Shown here: piece by piece, positions 9,092-16,540 of the stretch | How the letters are laid out: the number at the start of each line of letters is the position of its first letter | How positions within the stretch are numbered: position 1 is the stretch's first letter | Origin: Thermoplasmatales archaeon ex4484_6 | GTDB lineage: Archaea; Thermoplasmatota; Penumbrarchaeia; Penumbrarchaeales; Penumbrarchaeaceae | DNA length: 35,930 nt | Reading direction: 5' to 3' | Assembly (NCBI GenBank): GCA_002254385.1 | Contig: NJDO01000016.1 | Coordinates: forward strand, 1 to 35,930 | Position numbers and translations under genes: made by a program | The notes under the pieces: generated by a model | What the model was told of the DNA's origin: nothing | Seen by the model: the letters and a program-made list of their open reading frames with translations, nothing else | Databases searched by the model: none

Positions 9092-11173
9092 ATGAGAAGG
9101 ATAGAAGAGCATCCCATTCTCGAGATACCGGAGCGCACCAAGGTCGCCTTCACCTGGAACGGAAAAAAGCTGGAAGGTTTCGAAGGCGAACCCATATCAT
9201 CCGCGCTCATTGCAAATGACGTACATGTTTTCGGCCATCATGCCAAGGATGCCAGCCCTCAGGGCATCTTCTGCGCAAACGGTCAGTGTGCCCAGTGCCT
9301 CGTGATGGTCGACGGTCTTCCGAAGAAATCATGCATGACGCCGCTCGAGGAGGGAATGGTCGTCGAGAGCGTCGAGGGCCTTCCGAGCCTCCCGGAATCG
9401 GATGACGTTCCCGGAATGAAGGAGATACCGGAGAAGGAGGTCGAGGTTCTCATCATCGGGGGAGGACCGGCAGGCCTTTCCGCAGCCATCGAGCTGGGGA
9501 AGCTCGATATCGGAACCCTGCTTATCGACGATAAGGATCGACCGGGGGGAAAACTGGTCCTCCAGACCCACAAGTTCTTCGGATCGGTGGAGGATTCCCA
9601 CGCGGGAACAAGGGGATTCGAGATCGGGAGGATACTGGAGGCCGAACTCCGAAAATATCCATCGGTGGAGGTATGGCTGCGGTCAACAGCCGTGGGTGTG
9701 TTCTCCGACGGGGTCGTGGGCGTCGTGAAGGAGGGGACCTACGGAAAGGTGAGACCGGGGAGACTGCTCGTTGCGACCGGAGCCAGGGAGAAGATGCTCT
9801 CTTTTCCGGGAAACACACTCCCAGGTGTCTATGGCGCCGGAGCATTCCAGACCCTTGTCAACAGGGATCTGGTCCGCTCCTCCGACAGGATACTCATAGT
9901 GGGCGGCGGGAACGTGGGACTCATAGCGGGATATCATGCCATACAGGCAGGTATGGAGGTCGTGGCGCTCATCGAGGCCCTTCCCCATGTGGGAGGTTAC
10001 AAGGTCCATGCGGACAAGCTCAAACGTCTTGGCGTCCCCGTATTCACGTCGCATACCATAGTTTCTGCCGAGGGTGGAGAAAGGGTTGAAAAGGCCACCA
10101 TTGCGGGACTTGACGGGAACTGGAACATCATTCCGGGGACCGAGAGGACCTACCCGGTGGATACGGTTCTGATTGCCGTTGGTCTCGATGAGGTGAACGA
10201 GTTCCACAGGAAGGCCCTGGAATTCGGGATACCGTCGTATTCCGCCGGGGATGCCCAGGAGATTGCCGAGGCATCCGCTGCCATGTTCTCTGGCAGGATC
10301 GAGGGGCTCAGGATAGCAAGCTCCCTTGGAAGATATGATGGAGAGATACCGGGAGAATGGGAGAACAAACTGGTGGTGCTCAAATCCAAACCGGGGAAAG
10401 TGGTGGAAGGGAATATCGATGACAGGGAAGAAGGCGTTTTCCCCGTGATCCACTGCAAGCAGGAGATCCCCTGCAATCCCTGCATATCCGTCTGTCCGGT
10501 GGGTGCGTTGAAGACGGAGAGAGATGAGATAACCGGTCTCCCCTACCTTGCGCACCCCGACAGGTGCATCGGGTGCATGAACTGCGTTGGAATATGCCCC
10601 GGTCTTGCGATAACCCTTGTCGATTACCGGAAGGACCCCGAGCATCCGATCGTGACCCTGCCCTACGAGGTATGGAGGGAGAGAGTGGAAAAAGGCACTG
10701 TAGTTCCCCTCACCGATGAGGAGGGCGCGGTCCTTGGCAGATATCCCGTGCTCGACCTTATCGAGAATCCCCGATTCCCGGGAACGCTGCTGGTCAAATT
10801 CAGGGTGGAGAGGGCAGCCGCAAAGAAGATCGCAGGAATACACCTCCAGGAGAGGAGCATCTCTCCCGTCGGGGAGTACGAAAAGGCGCTGCTTCCGGAC
10901 GATGCAGTGATCTGCCGCTGCGAGAGGGTCACCGCCGGTGAGATAAGGAACGCCATCAGGAGCGGGATAAGGGACCTCAATCAATTGAAGGCCGTCACAA
11001 GGGCCGGTATGGGGGCATGCGGCTCGAAAACGTGCAGACCGATGATACTCCGATTGTTCAGGGAGGAAGGGGTGGACATGAGCGAGATCACCGACAGGAC
11101 CGATCGACCCCTGTTCGTGGAGGTCCCCCTGGGATATTTTGCGGGATGCGAGGAGGGTGATGACGATGAATGA
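9092..11173 (+). CDS. dye-linked L-proline dehydrogenase/sarcosine oxidase alpha-like subunit, fused with ferredoxin and BFD-like domains
   Basis: 2Fe-2S motif FCANGQCAQC, two Rossmann motifs (GGGPAG, GGGNVG), ATGARE, CxxxxxCNPCxxxCP and CIGCMNCVGICP, and C-terminal CRCE..GMGACG..C. Confidence 0.88.
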   Translation: MRRIEEHPILEIPERTKVAFTWNGKKLEGFEGEPISSALIANDVHVFGHHAKDASPQGIFCANGQCAQCLVMVDGLPKKSCMTPLEEGMVVESVEGLPSLPESDDVPGMKEIPEKEVEVLIIGGGPAGLSAAIELGKLDIGTLLIDDKDRPGGKLVLQTHKFFGSVEDSHAGTRGFEIGRILEAELRKYPSVEVWLRSTAVGVFSDGVVGVVKEGTYGKVRPGRLLVATGAREKMLSFPGNTLPGVYGAGAFQTLVNRDLVRSSDRILIVGGGNVGLIAGYHAIQAGMEVVALIEALPHVGGYKVHADKLKRLGVPVFTSHTIVSAEGGERVEKATIAGLDGNWNIIPGTERTYPVDTVLIAVGLDEVNEFHRKALEFGIPSYSAGDAQEIAEASAAMFSGRIEGLRIASSLGRYDGEIPGEWENKLVVLKSKPGKVVEGNIDDREEGVFPVIHCKQEIPCNPCISVCPVGALKTERDEITGLPYLAHPDRCIGCMNCVGICPGLAITLVDYRKDPEHPIVTLPYEVWRERVEKGTVVPLTDEEGAVLGRYPVLDLIENPRFPGTLLVKFRVERAAAKKIAGIHLQERSISPVGEYEKALLPDDAVICRCERVTAGEIRNAIRSGIRDLNQLKAVTRAGMGACGSKTCRPMILRLFREEGVDMSEITDRTDRPLFVEVPLGYFAGCEEGDDDE

Positions 11174-12317
11174 GTATGATGTCATCATCATAGGGGCGGG
11201 GTCAGTGGGCCTTCCGCTGGCAATGCCACTGGGGAATTCGGGAGTGAAGACCCTCGTTATCGACAAGAGAGCATCTCCGGGGCAGGGTGAGAACAAGCAC
11301 GCCATTGGGGGCGTGAGGGCAACCCACTCGGATACCGCCAAGATCCTGACATGCCTCCGGTCGCTCGAGATCTTCTCCACATGGGAGGAAAGGTACGGAG
11401 ACGACATCGAATGGGTGAAAGGGGGATACACGTTCCCGGTCTTCAGGGTGGAGGATGAAGAGGCCCTGAAAGGGATACTTCCGATACAGAAGGAACATGG
11501 ATTGAACATAGATTTCGTCGGTCCTGACAGGATAAGGGAGGTTGTCCCGGGAATAAACACGGAGGGGCTTATGGGGGGTACACATTCGCCGGATGACGGC
11601 TCCGCGTCCCCCCTCATCGCCGCCCATGCATTCCACATGCAGGCGGTTGGAACAGGGGTGGAGGTTCATTTCAACGAGAAGGTGAACAGAATCCTCGTGG
11701 AGGACGGCAGGGTCACAGGTGCTGCAACGGACAGGGGGCATTACTCTGCCCCCGTTGTCGTGGACGCAGCCGGACCTCATTCAGCGGAAATATGCAGGAC
11801 CGCCGGTGTCGAGGTCCCCGTTGTTCCCGATTCCCACGAGGGAGGCATCACGGAGCCGGTGAGGCGGTTCTTCACATCGATGGTCGTTGACCTGAGGCCG
11901 GGCCCCGGATCCAAGAACTTCTACTTCTACCAGAACAGGCATGGTCAGGTGGTCTTCTGCATAACCCCCGACCCGCCCATCGTGGGAACGGACAAGAGGG
12001 AGACATCCATCTTCCTTCCCCAGGTCGCAAGGAGAATGGTGGAGCTGCTTCCAAGGCTGAGAAATCTGAGGGTTAGAAGGGTATGGAGAGGTCTGTATCC
12101 CATGTCCCCGGACGGTTCACCCATCGTGGGATGGAACAGGGATGTCAAGGGTCTTCTGCACATGACCGGAATGTGCGGTCAGGGTTTCATGCTGGGACCC
12201 GGATTGGGAGAGGTCGTGGCCAGATTGATAACCGACAGATCGACGGAGGACGACAGGAAGATACTTTCAGGTTTCTCCCCCTACAGGGATTTCGGCGGAG
12301 AGGAAGCTCTCAAGTGA
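11166..12317 (+). CDS. FAD-dependent amino-acid oxidoreductase, proline dehydrogenase/sarcosine oxidase beta-like subunit (DAO family)
   Basis: YDVIIIGAGSVG, VVDAAG, RVWRGLYPMSPDGSPIVG and GQGFMLGP. Overlaps the alpha-subunit stop codon. Confidence 0.88.
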   Translation: MNEYDVIIIGAGSVGLPLAMPLGNSGVKTLVIDKRASPGQGENKHAIGGVRATHSDTAKILTCLRSLEIFSTWEERYGDDIEWVKGGYTFPVFRVEDEEALKGILPIQKEHGLNIDFVGPDRIREVVPGINTEGLMGGTHSPDDGSASPLIAAHAFHMQAVGTGVEVHFNEKVNRILVEDGRVTGAATDRGHYSAPVVVDAAGPHSAEICRTAGVEVPVVPDSHEGGITEPVRRFFTSMVVDLRPGPGSKNFYFYQNRHGQVVFCITPDPPIVGTDKRETSIFLPQVARRMVELLPRLRNLRVRRVWRGLYPMSPDGSPIVGWNRDVKGLLHMTGMCGQGFMLGPGLGEVVARLITDRSTEDDRKILSGFSPYRDFGGEEALK

Positions 12318-13263
12318 GGGTGATCGTCGTTCCGGCATCCCCCTCGAAGGAGCGGTATCCGTCCTCTATGGAAGTGATGACCACCCTCTTCCCTCCGTTT
12401 TCAAGGAAATCCACGGCTGATTCGATCTTGGGTCCCATGGAACCCCTGGGAAACTGCCCCTCTTCCAGGTATTTCCTGGCATCTTCAACGGTCATATGGG
12501 AGAGCATTCTCTGCCGCGGAGTTCCGAAATCCAGGTAAACACCATCGGCATCCGTCATTATCACGAGCACTTCGGCCCCGACCTCCCGGGCAAGTACGGC
12601 AGAGGCCCTGTCCTTGTCCACGACCGCATCCATTCCCTCGAGCCTCCCGTCCTCCATGTAAAAAACGGGAGCTCCACCGCCTCCGGCGGCTATCACGATG
12701 ACCCCCATATCGATGAGCCGCCTTATTACCCCGGAGTTGATGATCTTCAGGGGTTTCGGTGAAGGGACCACCCTCCTCCAACCCCTACCCTTGTCCTCCT
12801 TGACGACCCATCCGTTCTCCCGGGCAAGCCTTTCCGCCTCCTTCTTGCTGTAGAACTGTCCCACGAACTTGTTCGGGTCCTTCACGGAAGGGTCGTTCCT
12901 GTCAACCAGGGTCTGGGTTACCAGTGCTGCGACATCACGGTCCACTCCCTCCATCATCAGCGCGTTCTGGAGGGACTGCTCTATCATGTATCCTATCCCG
13001 CCCTGCGTATCGGCCACAAGAACCCCCAGGGGAAGGTCGGGAGCGCTCCCCCTTGCTATCTCCACCCTGAGAAGGGCGTTGCCCACCTGCGGTCCGTTAC
13101 CATGTGTTATGACCAGTCTGTACCCCTCCCTTGCCAGCCTGATGATGGGGGGAAGCGATTCCCTTGTATGCTTGAACTGATTCGCTATGGTATCCGGTAC
13201 TCCCGGTCTCGTGATTGCATTTCCTCCAAGGGCCACAACCACCGCAGGTTCCTTTCGATTCAT
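12310..13263 (-). CDS. arcC: carbamate kinase
   Basis: VVALGGNA, ITHGNGPQVG, TQGGIGY, RRVVPSP, AVVDKD and GSMGPK. Confidence 0.95.
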   Translation of the reverse strand: MNRKEPAVVVALGGNAITRPGVPDTIANQFKHTRESLPPIIRLAREGYRLVITHGNGPQVGNALLRVEIARGSAPDLPLGVLVADTQGGIGYMIEQSLQNALMMEGVDRDVAALVTQTLVDRNDPSVKDPNKFVGQFYSKKEAERLARENGWVVKEDKGRGWRRVVPSPKPLKIINSGVIRRLIDMGVIVIAAGGGGAPVFYMEDGRLEGMDAVVDKDRASAVLAREVGAEVLVIMTDADGVYLDFGTPRQRMLSHMTVEDARKYLEEGQFPRGSMGPKIESAVDFLENGGKRVVITSIEDGYRSFEGDAGTTITLT

Positions 13264-13298
13264 CTTACCTCACCGGGTGAGTTCCCCACATTGGCCGG

Positions 13299-13389
13299 AG
13301 CCATATATAAACTTGAAGCATACGGAAAAACCAAACCCCCGGGGTCCCGCCCATCGAGGGATAGAATACCCTCCATGCAGCCATATATA
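13299..13389 (-). promoter_or_regulatory. tandem TATA-like boxes upstream of arcC (11-bp direct repeat)
   Basis: AGCCATATATA occurs at 13299-13309 and 13379-13389. It reads TATATATGGCT on the minus strand. Confidence 0.45.
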
Positions 13390-13569
13390 TTTCAGAAAAA
13401 TTCTATGTAGAGCATATAAGAAAATATTAAATACCTTCAGAATAAGATAATATTTCCCCAAAGCCATCACCATTCAAGGTCGATTGACATCGGTCTTCTG
13501 ATTAGTCGTTCGTTTCGCGAGCTTTATCCCTCAGATGGGATCAGCAAGGTCATGGGGAGGGGTGATTAC

Positions 13570-14718
13570 ATGAAACTTGAGTACGTAAGGAGTTTAACCG
13601 ATGTAAAGGGTCTGTCAGAGGAGGAGAAGAGGGAACTCGAGAAGGTTACTGAGAAGTACACGTTCTATTCCAATAATTACTATCTGTCCCTCATCAACTG
13701 GGAGGATCCGGATGACCCCATCAGGAAAATAATCATACCTTCGACAACCGAGCTCCACGGAGAGGGAGCCCTCGACCCGTCGAATGAGAGCAAGTTCACC
13801 CCTGCCAGAGGACTCGAGCACAAGTACGGCCCCACAGCCCTCATACTCATGTCCCGGGCATGCGGTGGTGTATGCAGGTTCTGCTTCAGGAAGAGAATAT
13901 TCATGGCGGACAATCAGGATGCCATACCCGACCTCTCGGCAGCCATGAACTATCTGAGAGACCACAAGGAGATCAACAACGTTCTTCTCTCCGGAGGGGA
14001 CCCCCTTGTGCTTCCAACCACATACCTGAAGAGAATCCTGGCACAGATCTATCGTATGGAACACATAAAGTTTGTGAGAATAGGTACAAAGATACCCGTC
14101 TACAATCCATACCGCATCCTTGAGGATCCGTCCCTTTCGGACCTGGTGAGCAGGTTCTCGAAGAGCGAGAGGAAGTTGTACATCATAACCGATATCAATC
14201 ACCCCAGGGAGCTCACCCCTCAAGCACTGTCCGCATTGAACCAGCTCATGAAAAACGGTGCGATACTGGCGAACCAGACCCCCATCTTAAAGGGCATCAA
14301 CGATTCCAAGGACATCCTGATCGAGCTCTTCAACAAACTCACGGCCGTGGGGATCCCGCCATACTACGTCTTCCAGTGCAGACCCACCGTGGGTAATGCG
14401 GATTTCGCGATTCCCATCGAGAAAGGATACAGGATGTTCGAGGAGGCGAAGGCGGCGGTCTCCGGACTTGCCAAGAGGGCACGTTTCATAATCTCCCACA
14501 CTTCGGGGAAGGTGGAGGTTGCGGCGTTGACCGATGAATACATCATATTCAAGTATCACAACGCAGCACATCAGGAGAACGACTCCCGTGTCATGATATT
14601 CAGGAGAAACCCCGAAGCACTGTGGCTGGATGATTACGTCGAAGAGGTTGTCTCCTTCTCACCCCTGATGGAAGGTTCGGAAACCTCCCTCTATCAACAT
14701 GTGGATGACACGGGATAG
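13570..14718 (+). CDS. KamA-family radical SAM aminomutase-like protein
   Basis: DDPIRK, GLEHKY, CGGVCRFCFRK, LLSGGDPL, RIGTK, NHPRE, NQTPILKGIND and PYYVFQC. GGTGA RBS precedes ATG 13570. Confidence 0.9.
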   Translation: MKLEYVRSLTDVKGLSEEEKRELEKVTEKYTFYSNNYYLSLINWEDPDDPIRKIIIPSTTELHGEGALDPSNESKFTPARGLEHKYGPTALILMSRACGGVCRFCFRKRIFMADNQDAIPDLSAAMNYLRDHKEINNVLLSGGDPLVLPTTYLKRILAQIYRMEHIKFVRIGTKIPVYNPYRILEDPSLSDLVSRFSKSERKLYIITDINHPRELTPQALSALNQLMKNGAILANQTPILKGINDSKDILIELFNKLTAVGIPPYYVFQCRPTVGNADFAIPIEKGYRMFEEAKAAVSGLAKRARFIISHTSGKVEVAALTDEYIIFKYHNAAHQENDSRVMIFRRNPEALWLDDYVEEVVSFSPLMEGSETSLYQHVDDTG

Positions 14719-14794
14719 GTGATTGATCCTCATCAAAACTAACAATTACGGGATACATGTTATGACCCCGTTAGCGTAGAGGAGTGTGATATCC

Positions 14795-15211
14795 ATGAGT
14801 GAGGACGATGAGGAACTCAGGGCCATAAGGGAACGAAAAGCGCGCAGGATGCGTCAGGAGCTTGAACGAGAAAGGGAGATGGAAAACTGGCCGTCCGAGC
14901 CGGTGGAGCTTACAGACGCCAATTTCAGGGATGTCGTATCCAGATATCCCCTGGTCGTTGTAGATATGTGGGCTGTATGGTGTTCTCCCTGCAGGATGAT
15001 AGCTCCCATCATGGAGCGCCTTGCGGTGAAGTATGCGGGGAAGGTGGTGTTCGGGAAGCTGAATGTGGACGAGAACCCCTCAACGGCCAACGCTTTCAAG
15101 GTGATGTCCATCCCGACATTGCTCATCATCAAGGAAAGGGAGCTGGCCGACAGGATCATAGGGGCGGTTCCCCAGCAGCATATCGAATCCGTTCTGAACA
15201 GGTACATCTGA
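14795..15211 (+). CDS. trxA: thioredoxin
   Basis: WAVWCSPC, KLNVDENP and SIPTL, with an archaeal-type helical N-terminal extension (DEELRAIRERK). Confidence 0.92.
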   Translation: MSEDDEELRAIRERKARRMRQELEREREMENWPSEPVELTDANFRDVVSRYPLVVVDMWAVWCSPCRMIAPIMERLAVKYAGKVVFGKLNVDENPSTANAFKVMSIPTLLIIKERELADRIIGAVPQQHIESVLNRYI

Positions 15212-15239
15212 ACTGGGGTTCGATCCCCCGGAAGTTCAG
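15208..15239. terminator. hairpin between the convergent trxA and SPASM genes
   Basis: CTGAAC...GTTCAG outer stem enclosing GGGG-TTCGATC-CCCC. Confidence 0.35.
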
Positions 15240-16306
15240 GGGATTATCTCGCATCCGTTGTTGATCTCCGGATAATCGAGCTGCTCCATCTTTAACATCC
15301 CGCTGTCGAGAAGCTCCATTGCAAGGGGAACGAGTCCCTTCAGTCCCTCTATCATTCTCCGGGTGCTTAAGCAGACGCGGTCGAACCATTCCCATCCCCA
15401 TGACATGGTCCGGTTCGCATACAGGCATCTTCCGCCGCAGACCCATAAGATGTCACATTCCGTGCAGGGGGGTCCGATCCTTCTGGAGTTCCGTATATCC
15501 TCGGGTGTGGAGGTTCGGATGTCCCCCACATTGGAATAGAGCAGCTCCGGCGCAATGGGGCAGGCCTCTATTGACCCGGAGGTCATGATGGCGAACGAAT
15601 CCACCCCCGCCCCGCACCACAAGTGATGCGGCACACCTGTTATGAGTGTTCGAAGAATGGGGATGAAAGGGACGAGCCCGGGAACCCCGCCCTCCCCGAG
15701 CCCTTCCCCGAAGAGGGATATCAATCGGCCGATCCCCTCATCATACCTATCCAACCATTCTTCGAGATCCGGCCTGGAGTCGAGGTCGCTCCAGAAAACA
15801 TCGAGCTGCCAGTGGACGTGATCGAAATGCTCGAGAAGATGCGTCACGTCACGGTATATATCCCCGTGGTCCGAGAACGCCATCCTTGCTATGAGATCTC
15901 CCCCAAATCCCCTTCTCCTGATATCCTTCACATTCCTCATTACACGATCATACGTTCCCCTTCCCCTTGAAGCATCCGTCACACGGGCGGGTCCGTCGAG
16001 TGAAACGAGTATCGAATGGAGCCTTTCAAGGTAGGGCTTCTTCAACAGGTGCAGAAGGGTCCCATTTGTCTGGAGCGTGAAGGCCCTTGCCGGAACCCTG
16101 TCCATGATCTCCTCCAACCTGTGAATGGCCATAAGCGGTTCTCCTCCGTAGAACCCGATCACGGCCTCACTGTCCTTCGAAATGAAATCGACGAGCTCTT
16201 CGATATCATACTCCACCTCCAGAGGGATGCCCGGTAAATGACGTGTACCGCCGCAGTAGGTGCAGGAGAGGTTGCATCTCTCCGTTGTGAGGACATGATA
16301 CTGCAT
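15236..16306 (-). CDS. radical SAM/SPASM domain protein, AF_0577/TIGR04084-like
   Basis: CNLSCTYC, FYGGEP, QTNG, VSLDG, LIARM, SPASM cysteines (CGAG, CPI, CTEC, CGGRC) and C-terminal EIIP. Confidence 0.88.
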   Translation of the reverse strand: MQYHVLTTERCNLSCTYCGGTRHLPGIPLEVEYDIEELVDFISKDSEAVIGFYGGEPLMAIHRLEEIMDRVPARAFTLQTNGTLLHLLKKPYLERLHSILVSLDGPARVTDASRGRGTYDRVMRNVKDIRRRGFGGDLIARMAFSDHGDIYRDVTHLLEHFDHVHWQLDVFWSDLDSRPDLEEWLDRYDEGIGRLISLFGEGLGEGGVPGLVPFIPILRTLITGVPHHLWCGAGVDSFAIMTSGSIEACPIAPELLYSNVGDIRTSTPEDIRNSRRIGPPCTECDILWVCGGRCLYANRTMSWGWEWFDRVCLSTRRMIEGLKGLVPLAMELLDSGMLKMEQLDYPEINNGCEIIP

Positions 16307-16402
16307 CGGTCACCCCGAAGCATGGAGCAGATATATCGATTTTGATGGAAAAACATGGGATCCGGGCAATTATGGCGATCGTGGAAGGGATGAAAAATGT
16401 AT

Positions 16403-16519
16403 AAAAAAAACCTTCATGAGCATCAACCCTATGCTGATCGATGCTCACAATAAAAGAGTGAAGATTCGGTGAAACACACCGAATCTTCATACAAAAAGGC
16501 GCTCCCGTGAGGAAGCGCC
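16403..16519 (-). terminator. three tandem stem-loops with U-tracts downstream of the surface-protein gene
   Basis: Stems at 16498-16519, 16459-16489 (perfect 13 bp) and 16417-16447. Each is followed on the minus strand by a T-rich run. Confidence 0.75.
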
Positions 16520-16540
16520 GTTGTCAAAAGCTCCGTCTCC

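Noticed and set aside
8897-9112. N-terminal extension of the 948-aa ORF
   Set aside because: Overlaps the divergent promoter and the opposite gene start. The signal peptide begins near 8896.
9683-11638. 651-aa antisense ORF
   Set aside because: Shadow of the well-supported flavoenzyme genes. It has no motifs and is expected from codon bias.
15214-15230. tRNA T-arm-like GGTTCGATCCC (similar motif near 30343)
   Set aside because: No D-arm, anticodon arm or acceptor stem, and flanked by coding sequence.
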